Source of the DNA: Eledone cirrhosa
Taxonomy: Eukaryota
Direction of reading: 5' to 3'
DNA: 64,000 nt
Assembly: GCA_964016885.1 (NCBI GenBank)
Contig: OZ024743.1
Location: forward strand, 32,302,001 to 32,366,000
In this document: positions 26,070-40,099 of the stretch, piece after piece
How positions within the stretch are numbered: the stretch's first letter is position 1
Layout of the letters: each line of letters opens with the position of its first letter
Notes under the pieces: model-generated
The model's input: only the letters and a program-made list of their open reading frames with translations
Told to the model about the DNA's origin: nothing
The model's database searches: none
Translations under genes and position numbers: made by a program

Positions 26070-27256
26070 CCCTCTTCCTGCTATTTCAAGCGTTAACCTA
26101 ATATATTCCTTCCATATACTGTACTGATTGTGTTGTTATTTCTGTTTACCTTTTATATATATATGTATGAGAATAGAGTAATGTAGTTAATATGAAGCAT
26201 TGTGAGATATGTAGTAAAAGGTTGATAATCTTTTTTAATGAAACAAATAAAGCAAAACAAAGTAATGTTTTACTCAATGGGTAAAACATTACTTTGTGTT
26301 GTGCTGCATTTGACACCATTTGCCCTTCATAATTTTCTATTGCCTTGTACTGGCTTTTAAAAAAATTATCAGCCTTTTACTATCTACCTACCCACCTATA
26401 TTTGTCATCATCATTATCGTTTAATGTCTAATTTCCACACTAGCATGGGTTAGACAGGTTGTCCCATTTGAGGAAAGTCAGGTCAGATGACTGTATCTTG
26501 CTCATACAGAACTGTTTCTGGCCAGATTTCTACAGCCGGATACCCTTCTTAATGCCAACCACATTTACAGTGTGTACTGCGTGTTTTTTGTCGTGGCACC
26601 TACATGACCACTTTACTGTGTGTGTGTGTGTGTGCGTGTGCGTGTGCGTGTGTGCGTGTGCGTGTGTGTGTGTGCGTGTGCGTGTGTGTGTGCGTGTGTT
26701 TCCATATCTGTGTTTTTAAATTTACTGCTTATTTATGTTGTATAACTTAGCAGATATGAATGATAAACATATTACTGGGATCAATATGATAGACTATATC
26801 CCTTGAAGGTGGTGCTCCAGCTTGGTTGCCATCTAATGATTAAAACCAGTAAACCAGAGTACTCTAACTGCTCCAGACAGCACAAATTAAACTATAAGCT
26901 ATATCTACTACACATTTCTATAATTAGGAGAAGAAAGGGTCAGGCATTCCAATAATAAAATCAATTGTTCTAACTATTCATCTATAAATATCTTAGCTAC
27001 CCATCCGTTTCATCTACTATTTCTTTTTTTTTTAATATGTAGACAAACCCATGCTAGCATGGATAAAAGAAATTAAAATCATTATATAAAAAATATAAAT
27101 TGCATTTCAAAATATTTTGAAATACTTATAAAAAGATTTAGACAAAAGAAAAAATGTTGTTTTGCTGAATATGAAATGTTTATATGAATAATTAAATATT
27201 TTATTGCTTTTAGAATCACATACACACACTTACAAATACACACAATACATGTCCAT

Positions 27257-27257
<1 letters not shown>

Positions 27258-27350
<93 letters not shown>

Positions 27351-27360
27351 GCGTGCGTGT
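27258..27360. repeat. (GT)n microsatellite
   Basis: Direct inspection. Confidence 0.95.
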
Positions 27361-28399
27361 CTGTTTGCATATTTCTGTGCTCTGGAATGATCTGTCAGAA
27401 AAGCTATCCACTCCAATAGCAATTCTTATTTTAAAGTCATTCTATTAACAAATGAAAAATCAAACAACTGCAGCATATATAATGATAATGACGAGGATGA
27501 TGATGATAATGATAATAATAATATCAATAACAACAACTACAGCAGTAATGAGATCATGTAATTCGGAAAACCATCTATTTGTAATATTTGCCATTGATTA
27601 AGCACAGCAAAATAAAAACGTCTGCTCCAACAAACAAGATGTTACTATGTTTTAAAAATTACTGCTAGGTTTTGCTTAATTTAGTTTGTCTTTTACTCCA
27701 GTTCATTCTTTATCAGTCTTACAACATGTATTATGCTCATATCAGTATATTAGCAGCTTTGACAAGCTTGTCGCTTCCAATAACATAAATGCTCTGCTTT
27801 GTAGTGAGAGATGCTCAGTAACAACTGCTCAGTTCTTGAAATCAATTTGTCGAGAGTTACTTCAGTCATGTGATAAATTCAATTATTCTTCTTCTCCATG
27901 TACTTATTCTCTGACTTGCTATATTGGTAGGATTTTTTCCCCTCCCATCCATCTTCTTATCTTAGTCAAAAGTAACATTTCTCAAAAGAAAAGAAAAATG
28001 GAAGATGTTGATGCAGGAATAATAAGATACACCAAGCAAAACGATTGCATAAAATAATAATTAGGTGATTGAATTACTACAGACACAAGTTAACAATGAT
28101 ATCAAGACAGAATGAATTATAGAGCAAGGTAGGGATAGATATAGAATAGGAAAGATCAGGGAATATGTGTGTATGTTTATGTATACAAATATATATATAT
28201 ATAGTGGTAAAAAATGTGAAAGGTATATCTGCAGTTCAAAGGTTGAGTTCGGTATAGAGTTAGTTCCACAATAAATTAGCAAACCATACTTGAAGACGCA
28301 CATTTCACCCAACAGTTTTTCAACCAGTGTGAGGTTGTGCTGGGAATGGAAGTGTGTATGAGCTGAATGGAATCTGCATACAGAAATCGACAAAGGAGA

Positions 28400-28445
<46 letters not shown>

Positions 28446-29246
28446 GCAAGCAGGGAAAAGCGGGCGTAAAATGATGATGGTGATATATATATATATAAAC
28501 CATTGTTAGCAGAGAAAACAGGCATTAAATGTTGATGATGATTATGTATTTATATATATATATTGCAATCTCATTCTACATTTATCTCTACCTCGCTAGA
28601 ATTCTTTTCTATCTCTCCTATGTCTCAGTATTTTTCATTCTCCCACCTTCAACCTCTTCTCAAAAACATACTCATTGTTTTCTAACAATTGTATTCATAG
28701 AAAATAACAGATCTATATCCTTGCAATCTCTTTGGGATACTTAGAACAAAATAAAAGATAACACACAGAAGGGCAAAAACTTCAAAGACTGGTGTTAAGA
28801 TCAGAAAGAAATTTTGACTTGTGTTTCACCAATAAAGATCAGAAATTAAATAAACTGAAAAATGATTTCTCTTCCTCTATTATTATTTTTGGTTGGCAAA
28901 GTTGGAAAAAATGAAAAAATCTAGTAGTCAAATTGGACCAAGAAAACTGTTTTCCGTTGGTCATTCCTTTCCTAATACTATCTGCTGGCTGCAACTTTGT
29001 TTTTCTGGTGACAGGCAGTGAGATTTGAGCTCGGAATGCAGAGAGCTGAGATAAAACAAAGCATCTTGTCAGACATTTTAACAATTCTAACAATCCACCA
29101 GACATTGATCAGTACTTTGTTTGTGAATCCTGAAAGGATGAAAAGCAAATTTAACATCAGTAGAATTTGAACTCAGAACAAAGTAAGCCAAAACAAACAC
29201 TGGTGCATTTAATCCAATGCTTTAACCACATGGCCAATTTGTTTCC

Positions 29247-29463
29247 TTAACCCTTCAGCATTTAAACCGAATGTATCCAGCCTCAATTCTCTCACCTCTT
29301 TCTGTTCAAACCAGCCGTAACTGGCCACTCATACTTACATTAAGGTATTGTTCTCAATAGAGATAATATCAAAACCTCATAGATTTGATATTATGTGAGA
29401 TAAAGCTTTTACCACAAAATTACAAGAGTATATATTAGAGTAACATATATGCTAAAAGGCTAA
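29247..29463 (-). mobile_element. TTAA-flanked MITE, family A
   Basis: TTAACCCTTCAGCATTTAAA...TGCTAAAAGGCTAA; reverse-oriented relative of 47302-47527. Confidence 0.65.
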
Positions 29464-30805
29464 AATCAATAGAGTAGCAGACAAAAGCGCCTTACTATAT
29501 TTAGTTACATCTCTTTATGTTTGGAGTTCAAATCTCACTAATGTCAACTCTGCGTTTCATCATTCGGTGTTGATAAACTATAGTGTTAGTCCAGTATTGA
29601 AATCATTATAAATGACTGTTTCTCACCCAACCCCTCAAAATTTGAGGTTTTGTGCTTATGTTAGAAAACATTATTTTTAATTATATCTAAATGAAATGTA
29701 AAAGTTGATAAATAAGTACCAGTCTAGAACTGAGATCAGTATTATTGGCTATACCACTCCTTCTGCATCCCTTTATGTTCTGAGTTCAAATCCCACCAAG
29801 GTTAACTTTGCTTTTCATCCTAACAGAATCGATAAAATAAAGTACCAGTAAGCACTGGGGTCAATTTAATCGACTTTCCCCCTCTGCTTCAAATTGCTGG
29901 CCTTGAGCCTAAAGTAGAAACAATTATTATTATTATTAGTATTAAAATAAATAAAGAAATAAAGAAATAAATAAAGAAATCATTATTATTATTATTAGGC
30001 TTATTTTTAATTGTGTTGTCACTGCATTATGAAGCACAGTTCCATATGCCTTGGGCGGTGAATTGGCAGTATCTGTAGAGGTCGGACGCCATGCTTTGAC
30101 ACATAGAGTTACAGCCCTTGCCATTCTGAGTTCAAATCCCGCCGAGGTTAACTTTGCCTTTCATCCTTACGGGGTCGATAAAATAAAGTACCAGTAATGT
30201 ACTGGGTAATTGCTGGCCTTGTGCCTAAAATAGAAACAATTATTATAGGGATTGTTTCTGTTTTCATTATCCACATTTGGGTTATTTCTTTCTTCACATC
30301 TTTATATTTGGATAATTTCTCCAGTTCCTTGTCATGTGAGGGAAATGATGCATCAATTAGAAGACTTTTTATGTATGGTCTTTAACTATAATATTCAGTC
30401 AGTTTGCTTTCATCTCCATGTCTCTGTGTGTTGGCATATCCCAGAGTATGATTGCTTTGTTATTCTTTGACACCTTTTCTGCAGAGATAAATACATCAAT
30501 TAGAAGTTATTTTTTCTTTGTGGCCTTTATATTCTTATTCCTATTGGCCTTTTGCCTAAATCAGAAACCATTATTATTATTATGGATTAGCAGAATCGGT
30601 AGAGCGTCGGAAAACATGCTTAGCAGCATAGAGATATGGACGTTTACGTTTTCAGTTCAAATCACACCAAGGTTAGCTTTCCCTTTCATCCTTACAGGGT
30701 CAATAAAATAAAGCACCAGTAATGCACCGGGGTCGATTTAATCGACTTTCCATTTCCCAAAAATTGTTGGCCTTGTGCCTAAATCAGAAACCATTATTAT
30801 TATTG
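29460..30805 (+). mobile_element. Cluster of Nin/Deu-domain-like SINEs (~29465-29680, 29770-29940, 30052-30246, 30560-30803)
   Basis: Repeated B box GAGTTCAAATCCC, body ACTTTGCCTTTCATCCTTACGGGGTCGATAAAATAAAGTACCAG, tail GGCCTTGTGCCTAAA.TAGAAACA(ATT)n. Confidence 0.85.
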
Positions 30806-31273
30806 ATATGAACAGTCACCACTTCAGGCAGCTCCAATGATATTAGATTATTACCAAGTTTTACTGAATGAAAATTGCTCTTTTTTGGATTATTTTGCAA
30901 ACAGCAGGCTTAATAACATGAGGACATCTGAGTATTTAGATATATATAATGTCTATCTTCCAGACATTTCTTTTTAATATCTGGTATTATGATAGACAAA
31001 TGTAACACGTTTACCAGAGGAGCAGCTAGAGGTATAAACAAGAGAGGAAGTTGCACAAAAGACACTGAACCAAAACAAATCACAATGACACTTAATAATC
31101 ATACTTAAATGAGTTTACAAAAAACAAAAACAACATTGTTTAAAGAAGAACAAAGAGAAGAAAAATTGTTTTAAAACAAACACTCAAAAGTATAGATAAT
31201 CACAACCACAATCTTATATCTGAGAATCATCATTTTCATTATATAAATAAGTATAATAAGAACAACAAAAACG

Positions 31274-31317
<44 letters not shown>

Positions 31318-32561
31318 GGATGCATACACTTTGACACTAGCACACAGATACAGATGTTGTTCACCAGCATAGCATCCCATATTGAATTTTTAGTCATTGC
31401 AAAAGCACAGTCTGAAACAGATCATGGCTTGGCTACATTGTATCCAAAAAGATTGTTCTTCATTGCTCCAAGGATATATTCGGAATCAGGCATGAAGAAA
31501 ACTGATTTACCTTTGTTTCACAGAGAGGAGGGAGAGGAATTTTATGCCTTCAAAAAATTAATTCAAGGAAATGCTATCTGACATCTGGACTAAGATTTCA
31601 AGTATAGAAAAGCACAAAGCCTATTGGATCATCTGGCTATTATTAAGGAATGAGGGGGAAGCCAAGAAACAAACAGAAATATTACACAAAACACCCACTC
31701 ATATAATTGTACCCCTGTTACATGGGGCAGTGTAACACAAAAGTAATAATCAGAATCATAATAAATGACATTAACCCCTGGGCCAGTCATCTTCGTTGAG
31801 CAATAAGGTTATGTAATAAAGGCTGAACAAATGAGAAATAATATGTGATTGGAAGGGATCAGTATGGACTTGTAAGTCCTCATGAACCCTTAGAGTTACT
31901 AAGTAATTCCAGAAATTTTTCTGGGATGGGCAGAGAGAAAAAAATAAAACAGTCAGAGCTGAAAGCCAGACTGTTAAACTTGACAACAAAAGCCACTTAA
32001 GGGCTTTCTGTCCTGGGTTATTGTTCCTGAAGCACTATCAGAATGATGGAAAAATCCACTTCCTCCCGAATTCCTGAAGCAATCGGTGCTGAGGATCTCT
32101 TCCAATCTTGAGACAGTAGAAAGTGTAATATCACACTTAGCCTTAGAGGTGAAAATGCTGAAGTTCTTCTCTCAACAAGTACCACCCTATTTATTGGTGA
32201 TGATATGGAGTTTGAGGAAGGCCAGCAGATTATTGTAACAAGTTTAGAAAAGAAGAGAAGAAATAGAAATAAAACAAAAAACCACTGTCAGAAATCTTCC
32301 AAAGACAACATTGAACAGTATATTCATTGATATATATGTGCATCAGAACTATCAACACTGGGTTGCTTAACTGAGTTTATGACATGCAGGTGGTAAATCC
32401 ATGCAACATGTGGTTGGACTCAGAAATAAAGGATTGCTAATAAGGGCTCCACAATGAAAGCTCATGGCTTAGTGGTTAGAGCATTGGACTTACAATCGTG
32501 AGTTAATGAGTTCAGTTCCCAGACCAGGAAAAATGGGGTGTCCTTGAGCAAAATACTGCAT

Positions 32562-33240
32562 AGTAAGATGCCTACACCGCATCATCGTTTCCTACACCAC
32601 AAACAACCTTCAGATACCTGTGTGGACACTTATTGACAGTAGCACTAATTTCTTCAACAAATGGAAGGTTCTTGAAACATCTTGAGCCTAAACAAGTGGC
32701 TGAAATTCATGTCAAGTGTGTATGGCAGAATGATGGAACATTCTAAAGAAAAGCTACCTCAACTCCGCCAACTGTCTAAATACGAGAGCAGATTTCTTAA
32801 ATTGCTGCCCCTACACACATATTGAGAACTGGAAATCAACATTATCACAATAAAGGACTTTAACGCTACAGGTGCTACCACTGACCACAAATATGACATC
32901 CATTTCCAGTGGACACTCCCCTTTAAACCCCCAGGTATATCCAGTTAAACCCTTCAAAATTTAGCTTCCTTTATTTACCTATAATCTTTTGATAGATTAT
33001 TTTTCTAAATTCCAAATTACCCCCTCCTGCCTTTCTTTACCACTCTATATATTTATATATTCCACCCTCTACTATAATTTTTAGAACTCTTTGAAGGAAA
33101 AGAAAAAAACACAACTATTACGAAATGTTGTCAATAAAAGACTGATGAATTGGCGCCTGCTTCAGAAATATCTGAAAGGGGTCCCCAATGAAACACAGGT
33201 ACCTGAAAAGACAGCATAGTTACTGTAACAATTACCTATA
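32562..33240 (+). pseudogene. Penelope-like 3' remnant (GIY-YIG C-terminus plus pLTR with degenerate hammerhead)
   Basis: VWTLIDSSTNFFNKWKVLETS*A*TSG*NSCQVCMAE*WNILK...CLNTRADFLNCCP; downstream CTGATGA(33142-33148)-ATTGG...CCAAT-GAAA(33190-33193); ends at TA. Confidence 0.7.
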
Positions 33241-33325
33241 TACACATGCATCTTTACATGCATACACAAATACACACGTTTGTGTTTGCACACACACATA
33301 TACATATTTATATTACTTCCTACAT

Positions 33326-33621
33326 ATCATCATCATCGTTCCGTTCTTCCACGCTAACATGGGTTAGACGGGTTGTCCTGTTGTGGGCATTGTCCAGTCG
33401 GCTGACCTTGTCTTACTCATACAGGAACTGATTCAGGCTTGATTTCTACAGCTGGATGCCCTTCCTAACACCAACCTCATTTATAGGGAGTGCTGGGTGC
33501 TTTTTTCCATGGGGCCTACACGTCCACTTTACAGTGTGGGCTGGGTGCTTTTTTGCCGTGGCACCTCAACAACTACTTTGCAGTGGGAGGGTTCAGGGGG
33601 CATATTGCCTATATGCTTCAG

Positions 33622-33622
<1 letters not shown>
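33326..33622 (-). mobile_element. 5'-truncated copy of the RTE 3' UTR
   Basis: Reverse complement of ~51322-51622, with (CAT)n at the left end and (TA)n at the right. Confidence 0.9.
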
Positions 33623-33672
<50 letters not shown>

Positions 33673-34130
33673 CCAGTTGATGAGTAATACCAATTACTAC
33701 AGGTTGTACCTGTTTCGGCACTCACTGCTTTTACCTGAATTGGATATTCAGAGTTAAAAGTGTGGATGAACAGCAATATTTGTTTGTTATTGGCATAATA
33801 TGCTGAGGGTTTATATTAATAATGAGAAATCGAAGATTCAGTTAAAATATTTTATTCATAATCATGCATATTATATTTCACATGTGATCAGTTTGATGGC
33901 TTCATCAATTACAATCAACTCATCTTTAGGATTGATTTGCCCATCAGATGAAATGGAGATTAAAATGGGAACATGTTCATCTCTCATATGATTCTTGAGT
34001 CAAGCTGACTGCAACTGATCAAAGCTTTGAGCCAGTCATTTGTGAAAATCCTGTTATGCATGATTAGAAAATAAATATCTTGAACTTTGAACTGAAACTT
34101 CAAGACTGTGTATATGTGTGTGTATGTGTA

Positions 34131-34205
<75 letters not shown>

Positions 34206-37200
34206 ACATACATATATATCACCAGTACACCATTTAACGTATGTTTTCATGAGGAGAAGAGTTGGACAATCCACCACAGATCAAGTCAATATTTAATCTG
34301 AGCTACAGACCTCTCAAATGAGATGGGGGTCCATTTCTAATATGTATAAAAGGGATTCTGGTTGTCAGAAACTTAATATGACATCCTTGACAAGTTTCTT
34401 AGAGACCAGATGACTATTTTCAAAGAGTATTCTTAATAATTAGTGGTGAAAGGTACTTGAAAAGAAAATTAAGAGAGTAGCTATGATCTTGAAAAGCAAT
34501 AGAGGAGAAATCTGAAAGAAACCCCAAAAGTTTTTCAATTGAAAATCAAATACAACTGAAGTAGGGACAGTTGGAGCATATATTTTTTCCACTGCCCGGC
34601 CTGTGTTTATTTCAGAAGCCCATCGGAGGTTAACGAGAGGAATTCCATCAGAACAAACCAGCTGTCTATCTTTAGGACTTGGTTCAGGTAGTGTACATCC
34701 TTGTACATTCCCTTGTGCTATTGAATATTGATACTGCAGTTCATTTGATATTAAAATGATGTTTTTTTAGTTTGTCAGGGGACCAATTATGTTGCATAAG
34801 TCAATTCCAAAATAATAGTCCCAAAGTGAAAACAAGATAACGATGCTAGAAAAATCAGCATCAATCACAAGACAGATATAGTTGTCAAGTATTCTTGTGG
34901 CAATTTATAGGTTTTAAGATTTTGGCGGTGTTTGACTGCTCATAAAATTCTTTCTTATTGGATATGCTAGTAGTACTTTGTTGTTGTATAGAATGAAATA
35001 TCAAAAGACATTGCCTATATGAAGATGTACCACATATAAGATGTCTGAAAATAAGTGTAAACAAAGAAGATGTATATATATTGCACCCAGAGGACATTAG
35101 TATACAACAAAAATCCTGTTGCTATGTAAAGTTCTGCTGCAATCATTATATCCACTTCGTATTTTTTTATGTTAAAATCACTTCTCTCTATTAAAAAAAT
35201 GCCTCTGTCCTTATTGTCCTTCCTATTATTGGGAAAAGGTGGAAATAGTTTTCTTGTTGCATGTCTGCTATAGGTATGTGTGTTCTAATCTACTCTGCAA
35301 TTGTGAAGTTGAAAAATAGGGATAGTAATACAATCACAAAACTCTTGATGAATATTATTCCATCAGAACAATTTGGTATTCAGGATGAATTCAACTATCA
35401 TTGTGGTGATGATTTGTTGTAATATGGATAGCTATGAGAGTAACGATGCTGGTCATATTTATAACAACAATGCCAGTGATAACGATTGTCATAATAGGGG
35501 TAAATTATAAAGAAAATGTTGTTATTGGTAATGGTGGTGGAAACTGTGGTGATGGTGATTATAATAATACTGATGTTAATGCAGTTTTCTCTTCAGAAAT
35601 GATACAATTCACATCAGACAATACAAGTTTTTTCTTATCTCACATATTTTCCACCACAAATTCATCAGTGTACAGCATCATAAAGTCAGACAGATTCCAG
35701 TAAAAGAGATTCTCTGTATTGTGAAAATATTGTGTATAAGGTGATATTGTAATGTCAACAACAAACTAGTTTTAATAACCACACCCCATACTGTGTTTTA
35801 TTAACTTCTCTCTTTCAGCTTTCTTCACTTTTATTTGTTATTTTTATGTTATTCATATAAACTTTATTTTTCTTTCGTTAAAGATATATTTTATTATGTT
35901 ATAAAAAAAAAACATTGCCACAGATACAAACTCTTAAACAAAATTAATGTAAAGATGTGTTTCTTTTGAGTAGATACAGCGTCATTATTATTACTTTTTT
36001 TTTTTTTTTTTAAAAGAATGATATGCAAAGGTAGATCGGAACAACGTATTTCTGTACTTACCATACATAATAGCATAGCATACAAGATAAGAAGGTAGCC
36101 TCCACATAATCACCAACTGCAAGAAATAACTGCCAGAACTTCCTTAAAGTACATCTTATTGTCTTAAAAAGAGAAAGTCATACTGGATAAAGTGGTATTA
36201 GAATAAATATGTATCCAGAGAAAATGGTTTCAAAGAGCCATTTGATGGTGATAGACTAAGCAATTAGTTTGTCACTCAAGTAGGCCACAGTAAAATTTTA
36301 AAATACAGTAGAACAGAAAGAGCTGCATCAAATACCTTAGGGCATCCTATTTGAAGCTCTAACAACTCTGACAGTCAAAAGCCCTAGACTGATATTTCAT
36401 TTATTAAAAATGAAAGACTAATTCAAAGAAGGAAAAACAATTTTGACCTTGGTGCGATTTGAAGTCAGAACATAAAGAGCAAGAATAGATGCCACAAAGC
36501 ATTTTGTCATATGTTCTACAATTTTCTTTATAGCTTTAAGTAACATTTTATACACATGTATGGTATTTTATAGACAATGAAGAAATGAAAGTTATAGCTG
36601 GCCTTAGAATAGAAAGAAATTTAACTAAATCTTTTTCTTCTTCTCACTGCATTGACTATTTTCAATTTTGATTAACCTTTTTGATATGAGCCTGGCCAAA
36701 ACTTCTAATTCTATCAAACAAAATCGCCTATTTCAATTAAAATAGGAATCTTTTGCTAAGTTATATTTCAAATACTATATTGATAATGAAATAATCAATA
36801 ATTTTACTAAATCCTCCCAAATTCTTCATTGATTAATTGAAATATAGAGCATTTCATTAGAAATATGGCAATCGAAGGGTTAATTGGGATTTTGTTGTCT
36901 GAATCTGATGCTCCTACAAATTGGCATTATTAGAGCATAGAACAAAATGCATTACAAAGTTTATTCCAGTGCATGGCACTCCAAGTCTGAAACCTATCAA
37001 GATCAACTTTGTCTTTCATACTTTTGTGTTTGATAAAATAAAGTGCTAGTCCAGGGTGGCAGATAAGCAGAATTGTTGAAGCATTGGATGTAAAGACTTG
37101 GATTAATTTCAGCCTTTTGTGTTCTGAAATGTTTGATGGTAGACTTAATCCATCACTCTTTTTAACAGTACCACCTTATTCTTGGGAGCATTTAGCAGAG

Positions 37201-37974
37201 TTTGCTCTGTTGTAAGAATTCAGACAAGGTCTGCAGTTTGAGGATAGTTTCCAAACTTCCTTCGACCAGTTTGAAGAACCTGCAAATATAAAGAATCATA
37301 GGTGCTGCCCTATATATTCAATATTGAAATAAGGAAAAAAAATGGAATTTCTCTAACATCTGTTTAATCCTTTTAATACCAAACCACCTGAAACCATTCC
37401 TTGTTCTACAATACAAAACTGCTTATTTTAAAATGTTTTTTATTCATCTAAAACTCTTCCATCATAATTCTATGTAAGAATCATTGTTAAGTTATGTTCA
37501 AAACACCAGATTATTCATGAGAAAGTAAGTTATATATATTACTAAATCCCTCCAAATTACTTATCTTCAAAATTACTTAAAAATAATAAGCAGTTATCTT
37601 TCATAATAAAATGAGCAATAAAATTGTCAATGTCATCATGAAAGTTAGTGTAGCAGTTTTCATAGTTGTCAGAAAAAGTTAGCATGTTATCAAGAAAAAG
37701 TTCAATATAGCTGTTCACCTATTGATGGATACTTCTGATCTAAAATTAACTTACTTCCTTCAACTTTCAGTAGGCCTAGTTGTTAGGGTGCTGCCCTCTC
37801 AATCATGAGGTTGTAGGTTAGATTCGTAGATTAGACTGTGTTTTGTCCTTGAGCAAGATGCTTCATTTCACATTGCTCTAGTTAACTCAGCTGGGGAAAA
37901 ATGAGTACCAGCAGCAACTTAACTTCTTCTTCTAAATTGCCCATTTATTCCTGGGAGGGTTGTGGGTGCAGAGT

Positions 37975-38470
37975 CCTCAAACACTCATTGAAGCAGGTCC
38001 TGTTAGAAGCAACCATTTTGAACTGATCCAGTTGGATTCCCAAGCTAGACCAGCCGAGCTCATGGGTATTATCCAACCATCTTGCTCAATGTCTACCTCT
38101 TGGTCTCCTGCTGGTTGGTTTTGTCCATAAAATCTGTCCAGCAATCCTTTCCTGAGACATTCTAACCACATAGTATTGGAGCTGTGATCTCTCAATTTGG
38201 AGAAGTAGTGGTTCTACCTGGAGTGACTCTGATCTCCAAGTAATGTTACTCTAAAGACTCTTCAGAGGGAGCCCATTTTAGTCACTTATATTTGCAATCA
38301 TATTCTTTTCGTCATTACCCAAGATTTATGACCGTAATTAAAGGTTAAATACCGAATTGAAGATAGCTAGTTTGGCTTTTACATCTACTTCCCTTCTTCT
38401 GATTACAGAATGCTGAAGCTGGTGTATTACTGCACCAGCTCCTGCAATTCTGGCACTCAATTCAGTCTCC
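37975..38470 (-). pseudogene. RTE-clade (Expander/Rex3-like) LINE 3' remnant
   Basis: ELSARIAGAGAVIHQLQHSVIRRREVDVKAKLAIFNSVF..YGHKSWVMTKR ... RPRGRH*ARWLDNTHELGWSSLGI. Confidence 0.75.
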
Positions 38471-40099
38471 TAACTACCTGAGAAACCTCCTGTGAGATGC
38501 AACTTAATAGAAGGCCAGGTAAACCTGCATATGTGTTAGCTGTAACAAATCTAAGAAAATATATTTTAAGCAAAATATAAGTCTTAGAATTTATAACTTC
38601 AATTTCAATCAATAAGATAGAATAATTTTTTCCTACTACTTAAAATTAGAAACTATTTTTAATCGTTAAAGCTGCAGGTAGCCAATATCAACTTTACTAA
38701 TAAAATAAAACTTGTTTATTCTCACTTAAATTGTTTTACTGTTTTTGTATTTTTGTTTCATTTCACATTGTTTTTCTTCAAGTAATTTATCATTCATTAA
38801 AAGAATACGGTAAACTAAAAGTTTTTAATTTAACATTATTTTTTAAATATAAATTTGTTTGAATGATTCAAAACCAAATTTTCACATGTCATGTTACAAA
38901 TTTTTATTCTCATCTTTATTATTATTACATTTTATTTTTATTTATTTATCAGTTTTTATTATATTACTTGGTTTCTAAATGTTAGAAGATTTAATGTTTG
39001 TTACTTGAAATTCTTTTAAGGTTATCTGTAATCAAATCCTAAGCTTCTGCAAAGAATTTCAATAAGAAAACCTTCATGCTGTTACTAGAAATTGTTAGTT
39101 TCTTGATTACAAATGTCTTTCAGCTACTCATACAACAATGATTAGTTATATGGGTAAATACATTTTTAGCAGCCACAGTTGGTTGGCTAAATAAGGTGCT
39201 AACCTATTATTTGAAAGTTCACAAGTATATATTTAATCCCTAGTGTTGCCAATACCAAAACACCTAAATATTCTTACTCAACAAACACCATCCACATTAC
39301 ATGTCAGTATTAGTATGGTCTTCCCTCTTGCATACAACATCTGATTTCTCTTATACATAATTTATCTCTTTATGTAATATAACCTAAACTGGAAACTCAG
39401 TCCTTTGGAGTCATCAGCAGAGCCTCTAAGTGGTCAGTTGACTTGCTAGACATAGCAGTTAAACCACACAATCATCTTCTAAAGTGTGGTGTATATTGGA
39501 ATATGCAATCTTAAATAAGTGATGTACAAGACATGTAGAGGATGGTCATAGCCAGAAAGCTTTGATTATAGGTCAGTTCAGATGCATTTAATCTCAGTCA
39601 AAACAACAATAACCCAGTTTTCGGCAACACAGCAGTGAATAATTTTTTATAAATATTTTTATATATTTACTATTGATAAATTATCTGTTGGTTTTGATGA
39701 TGTCTATTCTGTTGTTCAATCAACTAACTCATGAATTAGCATGTAAATGATTGAGTATTCCATAGACATGTGTACCCTTTAATGGCAAATCCTACCAAAG
39801 CAAATTTTGCCTACCATCCGTAGTGTAGTCAATATAAATACTAGAATTATGCCAGAAGTTGATACATTGACTATGCTTTTCACCAATAAATTTGTATTAG
39901 AATGGTTACAGCTTGTGGCATTCAGTTCTGACTCTTTACATTCTGAGTTCAAACCCTGTCAAAGCCAACTTTGCCTTTCATTCAGCTAAAGTCGATAAAA
40001 TAAAGTACTAGTAAAGTACTTGGGTTGGTATAATTGTTTTTCCCCTTACCCCAAATTGTTGGCCATGTGCCTTAATCCGAAAGAAGTAACAACAAAGAT

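Noticed and set aside
28061-28525. 154 aa minus-strand ORF
   Set aside because: Runs through (TA)n and a SINE tail; the remainder has only a vague resemblance to a PLE C-terminus.
31354-32400. Possible LINE ORF1/gag remnant
   Set aside because: Composition is suggestive but no diagnostic motif could be read confidently.
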